Origin: a virus
Taxonomy: Duplodnaviria; Caudoviricetes
Virus record (IMG/VR): IMGVR_UViG_3300018469_000176
Location: 1-62,751 of that record
Length of the DNA: 62,751 bases
Direction: 5' to 3' (one strand)
Shown here: positions 55,806 through 62,751 of the stretch, in pieces
Layout: the number at the start of each line of letters is the position of its first letter
Numbering within the stretch: the first letter of the stretch is position 1
Program-made: the position numbers and the translations under genes
The notes under the pieces: generated by a model
Told to the model about the DNA's origin: nothing
What the model saw: only the letters and a program-made list of their open reading frames with translations
Databases searched by the model: none

Positions 55806-56312
55806 TCACCACCGATGTGCGATATCGAGCACGACGCGGCCGGGCAGGGTGAACACCCGGAACGGCAGCCGAGCGCGCACGCCGACACCGAACGAGGTGT
55901 AGCCCTCAAAGCCCCCGGCGAAGACCACCGAGCGCAGCGTCGGGTAGCCGGCCACGGACACCATGGACCGCCCGATGGCCCGGTTGAACCCGGTCGGGGC
56001 GTTCGCGGTCACCTGCAGCCGGGCACCGCCAGGGGTCGGGACCACCTGACCGGACCCGTCCGCGGTCACCTGCGCCACGTAGGCGACCGTGTAGCCCGCC
56101 GCCGCGCCGTCGAGGTCGATCACCACCCGGTCGAAACAGGAGTGGGTGCCGGCGCGTACCCCGATCACCGGGTTCCCGGTCATCGCGACGTTCTGCTCGG
56201 GCAGCGACCCCCAGCCGGTCGGGCAGGCCACCACCGCCGAAGCGGGTGCGGCGAGGGCCACGGTGGCCACGACGGCGAGCAGGACGGCGAGTAGTAGTCG
56301 GATGGTGCGCAT
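55806..56312 (-). CDS. Secreted AMIN-like domain protein
   Basis: Signal peptide; CFDRVVIDL, DGSG, FEG..FGVGV, RVVLDIAH. Confidence 0.75.
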   Translation of the reverse strand: MRTIRLLLAVLLAVVATVALAAPASAVVACPTGWGSLPEQNVAMTGNPVIGVRAGTHSCFDRVVIDLDGAAAGYTVAYVAQVTADGSGQVVPTPGGARLQVTANAPTGFNRAIGRSMVSVAGYPTLRSVVFAGGFEGYTSFGVGVRARLPFRVFTLPGRVVLDIAHRW

Positions 56313-56324
56313 GACGGATCTCCT

Positions 56325-57956
56325 TTAGAACCTGACCAACCGCCGCGAGCGCAGCTGCGCCCGAGCGGGTTCCACGCCGGCCGCCCGGGCATCGGCACGC
56401 GCCTCGAAGGCGAGCACCGACGCCATCGCGGCGTCGATCTTGGCGGGGCTCTGCGGGGTGACCTTGGAGATCAGGATTCCGGCGCGGTGGGTGCGCCGGC
56501 GGGCGTTGAGCACGTGCCGGGTGAGCAGGCTGCCGCCGTCGTGGGACAGGTCGTGGTCGGCCACGGCGGCGTGGAACCGCTCCAGGGCCATCACCATCTG
56601 CCGGGACCGGTTGGTCCACCACTCCAGCGGCTGCGCCGGTGACGCCTTAATCCGGAGCGTTTCCGAATAGTCCCGGGTCCATTTGTCGACATAGTCCATC
56701 CAATGAGCCGGGTCGCAATAGAAAGCCGCGACATCAAATCGCTCGAAAGCGCCGGCGACGGTGTTGTCGACGTCCTCCCGGTCCACCATCCAGTTCGTAC
56801 CTTCCGGCCCGGGGGGCTTCTCCCAGCAGCCGAGCACCGCGAGGTGCCCGTCCTCGATCCGGCAGGCCACCAGGGCGGTGGCGTCGTCGCGGACGGATCC
56901 GTCGAAACCCAGCGCGATGAGATCGCCATCCGCGATGACCTTGGACGCGTCCGCGCAGCGTCCCCAGGTGTCCGGGGCCATCCAGCTGTCGCTGCTGGCC
57001 ACGACCTGGTTGAGCCAGTAGCGTCGGCTGTCCGAGGGGTCGGACTGCGGGTCGTAAATCTCGGCGATGATCCCTTCGAGGTCCATCCACTCCGCGGCCG
57101 GGCCGTAGGCGATGCGCAGTCCCTTGGTCAGGGACTCCCGGTCGGACATGTCCGTGTCCGGGGGCGCCTCCTTGTGGCTGAACAGCAGGGACCGCTCCTT
57201 GACCTTCCCCTCGGCGATCTGCTTGGCGTAGTTGTGCGTCTGCTCGGCCACCGAGTTCTCGCCCGGCCGGTACATGGTCGAGGTCTCCAGGCACCACGGG
57301 TCCGCGTTGAGCCGCTTGCGCAGGTTGCGGCGGACGATCTCGTGCATCCGGTGCAGCTCGGCGCCCACATAGAGGTGCGTCTCATCGAAAACGGCAAACG
57401 TCTCTTTTCCCCCATCCTTGGCCGAACCGGACGCAGTGGACGGAACGACCTCGCCGTGGTTGGCGTGCAGGATGACCCGGGTGGACGACTGGGACGCGCG
57501 TCCGATGTCGATGCCGGGGAAGGTGTCACCGTGCCGCTCGGACAGGCTGGTGAGCATCACCGCCACGTTCGAATAGGTGTTCGATGACTGCCCCTCCTCG
57601 GTCGCCAGGCAGCGGATGAACGGGGACTTGACCTGGCGTCCGACGGGCTGTCCGTCCGCGTCCCAGCCGGCGAACCGGACCGGGCCCAGGGCCTCGGCGC
57701 AGACCAGCATGCCGGCGAGCTCGCTCTTGGACCGGCCCTTGGCCCGGGACAGGAACACCCGCCGGTAGGCGCGGCGGCCCGTCTGCGGATCCAACCGGTA
57801 GCACTGCAGGATGAACTCGTAGAACTCGTCGTCCAGCTCCACCTTCTGCCCGATGACGTCGCCGGGCCCGTGGACCAGGTAGTACTCCATCCACTCCACG
57901 ACCTGGTCGCCCAGGGACGGGAAGGACAGGTGGTCGTTCGGTCCCGACCAGGGCAT
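56325..57956 (-). CDS. terL: Terminase large subunit
   Basis: RAKGRSKS, FDETH, GFDGS..DATAL, KIDAA. Confidence 0.93.
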   Translation of the reverse strand: MPWSGPNDHLSFPSLGDQVVEWMEYYLVHGPGDVIGQKVELDDEFYEFILQCYRLDPQTGRRAYRRVFLSRAKGRSKSELAGMLVCAEALGPVRFAGWDADGQPVGRQVKSPFIRCLATEEGQSSNTYSNVAVMLTSLSERHGDTFPGIDIGRASQSSTRVILHANHGEVVPSTASGSAKDGGKETFAVFDETHLYVGAELHRMHEIVRRNLRKRLNADPWCLETSTMYRPGENSVAEQTHNYAKQIAEGKVKERSLLFSHKEAPPDTDMSDRESLTKGLRIAYGPAAEWMDLEGIIAEIYDPQSDPSDSRRYWLNQVVASSDSWMAPDTWGRCADASKVIADGDLIALGFDGSVRDDATALVACRIEDGHLAVLGCWEKPPGPEGTNWMVDREDVDNTVAGAFERFDVAAFYCDPAHWMDYVDKWTRDYSETLRIKASPAQPLEWWTNRSRQMVMALERFHAAVADHDLSHDGGSLLTRHVLNARRRTHRAGILISKVTPQSPAKIDAAMASVLAFEARADARAAGVEPARAQLRSRRLVRF

Positions 57957-57977
57957 CGCACACCCCCGGGACATGGA

Positions 57978-58010
57978 ACAGTTGACAGTCGACAGTCTAA
58001 GGCGTAGCTT
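57978..58010. promoter_or_regulatory. Consensus promoter with heptamer repeats, divergent from terL
   Basis: TTGACA-17 nt-TAGCTT; ACAGTTG ACAGTCG ACAGTCT; minus-strand TAGACT. Confidence 0.65.
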
Positions 58011-58039
58011 GGGTGGACCACCCACCCAGGAGGACCACC

Positions 58040-58258
58040 ATGGCTGTAGCAGTCCTGTCCGAGCCCGGCACCGAGTACGGCCCCTGCGTCACGGAGTGCG
58101 AGCACCGCGACTGCGCCGAGACCCGGAAGATGGCCGAGAGCAAGTGCCCCCGGTGCAAGCAGCCGATCGGCTACCGCCGGGCGTTCTACATCGAGGTCGG
58201 CGGCCCTGGCCTGGAGCACGCCTCGTGCCTGGAGTCGGACCTGGCGAAGGTCACATGA
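58040..58258 (+). CDS. Small Zn-finger protein
   Basis: AGGAGG RBS; C..CEH..C, CPRC, HASC. Confidence 0.7.
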   Translation: MAVAVLSEPGTEYGPCVTECEHRDCAETRKMAESKCPRCKQPIGYRRAFYIEVGGPGLEHASCLESDLAKVT

Positions 58259-58344
58259 TCCCCTACCAGACGCCGCGGTCCTGCGGGAACTGCGGGACCA
58301 CGCTCAGCCCCAACGGCACCTGCGCGAAATGCGACCGCCGATGA
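58255..58344 (+). CDS. 29-aa Zn-ribbon microprotein
   Basis: CGNC...CAKC; ATGA overlaps at both ends. Confidence 0.5.
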   Translation: MIPYQTPRSCGNCGTTLSPNGTCAKCDRR

Positions 58345-58628
58345 GCCCGGTCGGCACCATCTACCTGCTGCACTTCGACGTGCCCTACCACCACGCCCGG
58401 CACTACACCGGGTGGACCTCGGACCTGCCGGGACGCCTGGACGCGCACACCGCGGGTGCCGGGGCCCGGCTGCTGGCGGTCATCACCGAGGCCGGCATCG
58501 GCTGGACACTGGCCCGGACCTGGCCCGGCACCCGAGCCCGCGAGCGGCAGCTCAAGACCCAGGGCGGAGCATCGCGACGGTGCCCGCTGTGCGGCGTCAC
58601 ACCCCACCGAGAGAGGACCCACCCATGA
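58341..58628 (+). CDS. Minimal GIY-YIG-like nuclease
   Basis: TIYLLHF...HYTGW..L..RL..H, ERQLK, CPLC. Confidence 0.7.
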   Translation: MSPVGTIYLLHFDVPYHHARHYTGWTSDLPGRLDAHTAGAGARLLAVITEAGIGWTLARTWPGTRARERQLKTQGGASRRCPLCGVTPHRERTHP

Positions 58629-59038
58629 ACGAGCGCGGCCAGCTCACCGCCCAGGAGTGGGCGAAGAAGATCGAGAAACAGGAACGCGCCCGCAAGGCAG
58701 CGCGCCTCACGCGAGGAGACATCATGACCACCGAGTTCCAGTACGGACAGGCGCCGCCGGCGTCGGACATCGTCCTGCTCGAAGGCATCCCGAGTCCGGA
58801 GCAGCGGGCGATGACCGCGTCGCTCTACCTGGACCTGGTCAAGGTGTGGGGGGACCGCGTCCGGGAGATCCGGGACGACGCGATCGTGGAAATGCTGGCC
58901 GAGCGGAAGCCGGCGGACGTGGCCCGGACGCTGCGTCTCGGGACCACCCTGATCGCCACCGCCCCTGGACGGGTGGCCAAGCGCCGGCTGCAGCAGTTCG
59001 GGGACAGCCAGGAGCAGCTCGTCGAGAAGGCGCCGTGA
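58625..59038 (+). CDS. Hypothetical protein with C-terminal HTH-like segment
   Basis: RDDAIVEM...PADVARTLRL. Confidence 0.55.
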   Translation: MNERGQLTAQEWAKKIEKQERARKAARLTRGDIMTTEFQYGQAPPASDIVLLEGIPSPEQRAMTASLYLDLVKVWGDRVREIRDDAIVEMLAERKPADVARTLRLGTTLIATAPGRVAKRRLQQFGDSQEQLVEKAP

Positions 59039-59235
59039 TCACCACGGCCGGGTTCTGCCCGGTGTGCCTCCTACCCGTCCTGCTGCTCCGCAACGCCGAG
59101 ACCCCGGTCAAGGACGCGAAGATCGAGTGGCACGACGTGCTCCGGACCACGCTCGGGCTGACCGGGCTGTTCAGCTGCCCCGGTAGCGGCCACACGGTGC
59201 CCGAGGCCTCCCGGCACTACGCGGGTGCGCTATGA
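59035..59235 (+). CDS. Small Zn-binding protein
   Basis: CPVC...H...CPGSG. Confidence 0.55.
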   Translation: MITTAGFCPVCLLPVLLLRNAETPVKDAKIEWHDVLRTTLGLTGLFSCPGSGHTVPEASRHYAGAL

Positions 59236-59792
59236 ACAGCTGCTATTGCCCCGACTGCCGAGAGAAGTACCACCAGCAGCGGCTCGCCCGGGACCGGCAG
59301 GCACAGCGTCCGCGTCCGCGCCGGAAGCGGAAGGGCCCGGCACCCACGCTCGGCCGGTTCGTCGCGTTGCTGTTCGTGGTCGGACTGATCTTCCACTACC
59401 CGTGGTTGCTACTGCTCGTCGCGCCGCTGCTCGGGGTCTGGGCAGCGGTGTGGTGGGATCGGAACGTCCGGGACGCCGCTGACCCGTCGAGGATCAAGCC
59501 GACTCGGGGTGTCCTGGCCGCGCCGCGGGAGCCCACGGTGCAGGTGCTGGTGGCGGGCATGACGGTGGTCAGCACCCTGCCCGCGAGGTACACCTACCCG
59601 CGGATGGTCGGCCACATCTCCCACCCCACCCCCGAGGAGCAGCGGGCCCGGGACTTCGAGTACGGGCACAACCTGGTGCTCGTAGACTGGTATGGCGGCA
59701 GGCGCCAGTGGGAGTCACTGGACCATCTGGAGCTCTACCGGGAGCTGCCGTGGCCACCGTCACCAGGTACTGGTGGTGGGAGGAGACCGTAA
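59232..59792 (+). CDS. Membrane protein
   Basis: CYCPDC, two TMs, C-terminal small beta domain. Confidence 0.6.
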   Translation: MNSCYCPDCREKYHQQRLARDRQAQRPRPRRKRKGPAPTLGRFVALLFVVGLIFHYPWLLLLVAPLLGVWAAVWWDRNVRDAADPSRIKPTRGVLAAPREPTVQVLVAGMTVVSTLPARYTYPRMVGHISHPTPEEQRARDFEYGHNLVLVDWYGGRRQWESLDHLELYRELPWPPSPGTGGGRRP

Positions 59793-59982
59793 CCACCACC
59801 CTCCCGCCGCCGCGGACCCCTCGCTGGGTGGTCATCGCGGCCGACCGGAAGATCCCCGGACGGGCCCGGGTCATCGGCCCGTTCACCACCCTGACCGAGG
59901 CCAAGGCCTACGGGCGGCATTACCATCCGCGCCAGCATCGGGTGGTCGGTCTGAACCGGCCCCGACGGAGGCGGGTGACCAC

Positions 59983-60126
59983 GTGAGGGACGGGCTCTAC
60001 CAGGTCACCAACCGGTATCTCTGCGCCGGCTTCCTCGTGCAGGGTGGGCGGGTGGTCGAGTGCGCCCCTATCCTGCGCAAACGCCTCAACTACTGGATCA
60101 CCATCGGCCGCTGGATCTGCCCGTAG
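59983..60126 (+). CDS. Small hypothetical protein
   Basis: GGAGG RBS; LYQV...LCAG....GRVVECAPILR. Confidence 0.55.
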   Translation: MRDGLYQVTNRYLCAGFLVQGGRVVECAPILRKRLNYWITIGRWICP

Positions 60127-60170
60127 ACCCCCAGGTTGCGTCGGTAGCGGAGTCCGCTAGCCTGGCCGCC

Positions 60171-60310
60171 GGCGTCACCGAACCTGAGCCCAAGAGGAGA
60201 CACCGAGGCTCACGGGGGCGCTAGCACTGGAAAGGCCTGGCCACAGGGATCCAGTGTTGCTCTGGGACGGGAACGGCCCCCCGCAAGCCAACGCCATGGG
60301 GGGCCGTTCC
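60171..60310 (+). ncRNA. Candidate structured small RNA
   Basis: Upstream TTGCGT-16 nt-TAGCCT; two multi-stem hairpins then 13-bp hairpin; no convincing ORF. Confidence 0.35.
60270..60310. terminator. 13-bp hairpin between convergent units
   Basis: GGAACGGCCCCCC / GGGGGGCCGTTCC. Confidence 0.65.
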
Positions 60311-60357
60311 TGCTGTCTAGGCCAGGGCGAGGACCAACACCATCGTGGCGGTCATGA

Positions 60358-60537
60358 TCAGGGCGACGGTGAGGATGGCTCGGCCCACGCGGCCTCCTCC
60401 CGCATCTTGTGCACGGTCGTGGTGGCCAGCAGCGTCACCAGGTAGAGCAGCGCCGCCCACACGGCCGGTCCGGTCATCAGCACCAGCACGCCGAGTGCGA
60501 GTGTGATCAGCTGCCGGCTCGGGTACCACTCCAGCAT
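60358..60537 (-). CDS. Small membrane protein
   Basis: TGATG overlap with terS; long hydrophobic stretch. Confidence 0.55.
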   Translation of the reverse strand: MLEWYPSRQLITLALGVLVLMTGPAVWAALLYLVTLLATTTVHKMREEAAWAEPSSPSP

Positions 60538-60977
60538 CAGCCGGCGATGTGCATGTTGCGCCGGCGCGCGACCGAGGCCGCCGGAGTGGTCTCGGCCTGC
60601 TCCTTGCGCTTCTTCTCGGCCGGGGTGACGACCTTGATGCGCAGCCGGGCCCGGTCCTCCGGAGTGACCCCGAACTTGGCCAACCGCAGCCGCACCTCGG
60701 AGGCGAACTCCCACCGCCCCTTCTCCCACATCGTCGAGTGCATCAGCGCGGTGTCGATGAGGAAGTGCCAGCCCAGCGGGGGCTCGTCGACCAGCAGCGG
60801 GGACCGCCGCAGCGAGTCCCACAGCGCCCGCGTCATCGGGTGCCACTCGACGGTGTCCGGGAGCTCGGGGCCAGCGAGCTGCTCGTACGTACCGTCATCC
60901 ACTACGTCGGTGGTAGGGATGGGGTCGACGTTGCGCCGGCGCTTGGTAGGCGACGGCGGAGGACCGGTTCCCGGCAT
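60537..60977 (-). CDS. terS: Terminase small subunit
   Basis: GTGPPP...RRRN, WHP.T..LW, EVRLRLAKFGVTPEDRARLR; GGAGGT RBS. Confidence 0.85.
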   Translation of the reverse strand: MPGTGPPPSPTKRRRNVDPIPTTDVVDDGTYEQLAGPELPDTVEWHPMTRALWDSLRRSPLLVDEPPLGWHFLIDTALMHSTMWEKGRWEFASEVRLRLAKFGVTPEDRARLRIKVVTPAEKKRKEQAETTPAASVARRRNMHIAG

Positions 60978-60990
60978 GGTGCACCTCCCC

Positions 60991-61007
60991 GTAGTGGCAT
61001 CCACAAC
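60991..61007. promoter_or_regulatory. 17-bp palindromic operator abutting terS RBS
   Basis: GTAGTGGCATCCACAAC, 16/17 to consensus. Confidence 0.6.
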
Positions 61008-61039
61008 GTCTCGCTGACCTGCGGATTTCCGATCAAACC

Positions 61040-61290
61040 TTGTGTGTGCGGCATGTCACGTGGTATCGCGCGGGCGCGCATCATGCGCGCGCACACGCCT
61101 GCGCGTACGAGACACGTGCGCGCAGCGTTGTGCGCACAACCGCACACTCGCGCACACACGCGTCACGTGACGCACGTCACACGCGCACGTGACGCGCATG
61201 GGCGGGCACGCGCCGGCGTGCGTGCAGGTGGGCGCGCTGCGCGGGTGCGCGCACTCGCACCTGGCCGCATGGCGCGCGGTGTGGGCGCTC
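61040..61290. other. Purine-pyrimidine alternating tract with palindromes
   Basis: Dense CG/CA/TG alternation; GTTGTGCGCACAAC and GCGTCACGTGACGC. Confidence 0.7.
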
Positions 61291-61304
61291 GCTACGGTCC
61301 GCAC

Positions 61305-61562
61305 ATGGCAACTGAGCGCACCCAGACCCCGCAACTCCGGCAACCGACCGAACTGATCGACATGTGGTTCGACCTCTGCGAGCAACTGCTGACCGTGCAG
61401 CGCCAGGGCATGCGCGCCGTGGTCGGGATGTTCGCCCCGCTCATCCACGCGGCGCAGGAGGCCGAAGCGCCTACGTCCAGCGCGACCCTGCAAACGGCGG
61501 CAGCGCGTCAGCAGGAGTCGCGAGAGGCACGCCAGGACGACCGTCAGCCTGCCCGGACCTAG
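61305..61562 (+). CDS. Hypothetical protein, leaderless
   Basis: TACGGT 6 nt before ATG; 85 aa. Confidence 0.55.
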   Translation: MATERTQTPQLRQPTELIDMWFDLCEQLLTVQRQGMRAVVGMFAPLIHAAQEAEAPTSSATLQTAAARQQESREARQDDRQPART

Positions 61563-61632
61563 ATCGACATTGCAGTGTGGGCCATGGTGTGTTTCACTGG
61601 GGTTTCGCCCACCCATATCTCAGGAGCGCACC

Positions 61633-61935
61633 ATGGCCGCCACCACTACCGCCCGGAAGACCACCCCGACCACTCGCGGCGCTCGCAAGCCTGCCGCCCG
61701 CATCCCTGCCGCTCCCCGTCGGTCGCGCCACGCGCGCCGGGTAGAGCTGGGCATCACGATCGGCGCTGTAGTCCTCCTGGCGCTCGCTTGGCTGCTTCCC
61801 GACCACACTGCCGCCATGGGCGCGAATACGGCCGCCAGCGTCGCGCTCACGGTCCTTGCCGTGCGGTTCTGGCAGCGCGCGTCCGTCGCAATCCTGCGCC
61901 ACGCCCAGCGCAACGCCGAGAGGGTGAGCGCGTGA
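61633..61935 (+). CDS. Two-TM membrane protein
   Basis: AGGAG RBS; basic N-terminus, two TMs. Confidence 0.65.
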   Translation: MAATTTARKTTPTTRGARKPAARIPAAPRRSRHARRVELGITIGAVVLLALAWLLPDHTAAMGANTAASVALTVLAVRFWQRASVAILRHAQRNAERVSA

Positions 61936-62138
61936 TGCCGACCTATCGGACTGTGGACGCGCTCGGGCTAGAGCCCGGTCAACTCGTCATCGTCACGGTG
62001 CCCAGCGGACACGTCGAACGGGTGTGCACCCGCAGCGAGGTAGGTCCGGGTGAGGTGGCCGTGACCGTGGTCGTGCACACGGACGAGCGCGACATCGTGA
62101 TCGGGTGGCCGTGGCAGGTCCGGGTGGTCAGCGGGTGA
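61935..62138 (+). CDS. Small beta-rich hypothetical protein
   Basis: TGATG overlap. Confidence 0.5.
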   Translation: MPTYRTVDALGLEPGQLVIVTVPSGHVERVCTRSEVGPGEVAVTVVVHTDERDIVIGWPWQVRVVSG

Positions 62139-62409
62139 GCGCCCGGCGCGCGTCCTGGTGTCGATGGTTGAGGTTGCGCCGGTAGGTCGCTTCCGCGGCG
62201 CAGCACGCGGCGCAGGTCACCTCGCCGTGGTTGAGGTGCCGGCGGTACGCGGCACGCGTCCCGCAGGGCTTGACGGACCCTGGTCGAGCCCTGCCCAGCG
62301 TGTCGACGCTGACATACCCTGCCCATTGCTTCCCGCCGGTAGTGGATGCCACTTCCCTGCGCCTTTCCGGTCGGTAGTGGATGCCACTACCACGGGTGAC
62401 GTTCGTCAC
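62128..62409 (-). CDS. Small Zn-binding protein (start uncertain)
   Basis: PCGTRAAYRRHLNHGEVTCAAC. Confidence 0.5.
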   Translation of the reverse strand: MTNVTRGSGIHYRPERRREVASTTGGKQWAGYVSVDTLGRARPGSVKPCGTRAAYRRHLNHGEVTCAACCAAEATYRRNLNHRHQDARRALTR

Positions 62410-62451
62410 TGGCGCGAGTGGGGAGCGCGCGCCGGTAGTGGATGCCAGTAT
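62339..62451. repeat. Three copies of 17-bp palindrome GTAGTGGATGCCACTAC
   Basis: 62339-62355 (16/17), 62374-62390 (perfect), 62435-62451 (15/17). Confidence 0.85.
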
Positions 62452-62751
62452 TTCACTCGTTCGGTCTAGCGCACCCGTGGTCGAGTGCGTTACGCCATTC
62501 GTGGTTGGCCGCTATCGCGTCACCAGGCGCGATTACGCACGCTGGCCTCTCGTGATCTTGCAGCCGGCCGGGGGAGGCGAAGCACTGGGGCACGGTCGCG
62601 GCGCGGTAGCGCGCGGCGCCCTGACAGGCTCGCTGCCGCTCCGGAGGCTGCACCGGGAGAGGCGACGGCACCCTAGCGCAGCGGGGCGCTCAGGCCCTGG
62701 TCAGGGGGAAGTTGATCATGATCGAGAGACCCGTACGTACCAAGATCAACC

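Noticed and set aside
59708-59986. 92-aa plus-strand ORF
   Set aside because: Overlaps the upstream gene by 85 bp with no clear start or RBS; may be real but could not be delimited
60171-60260. tRNA or glycine riboswitch
   Set aside because: No T-loop or cloverleaf; only a short GGAGA/CCGA resemblance and no downstream gene on that strand
60549-61304. ORFs crossing the alternating tract
   Set aside because: Peptides merely reflect dinucleotide alternation and overlap terS antisense
62339-62451. Mini CRISPR array
   Set aside because: Repeats only 17 bp, gaps of 18 and 44 bp, and copies are dispersed elsewhere like operators
1-62751. Complete circular genome
   Set aside because: No terminal repeat seen; joining the ends stops the leftmost ORF after one extra codon, so truncation is more likely

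Overview
High-GC actinobacterial siphovirus or prophage, nearly complete but cut at the left edge (the ends do not join into a convincing circle). No integrase or ParAB is visible. Minus-strand virion module (about 24.4-61.0 kb): TerS, TerL, portal, MuF-like protein, endolysin, scaffold, capsid, GT4 glycosyltransferase, neck, major tail, frameshifted tail chaperone, tape measure, tail tip/fibres and holin. Minus-strand replication module (about 2-14 kb) centred on one 1601-aa Prim-pol + SF3 helicase + family A polymerase, whose linker carries an origin-like element. Plus-strand accessory region (15.8-24.3 kb): AICE/plasmid-type TraB transfer cluster, STAS protein, Lsr2 variant, and a ubiquitin-like Gly-Gly-ending protein coupled to an unknown Cys/His protein. 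Also present: a class F sortase with adjacent substrate, an HNH lipoprotein, a GT2 + methyltransferase pair, a 17-bp palindromic operator family with a candidate RHH regulator, a purine-pyrimidine alternating tract upstream of terS and a candidate structured RNA. All calls come from motif reading by eye; no database searches were run, and many starts were re-chosen from stop/start overlaps, RBS or -10 boxes.
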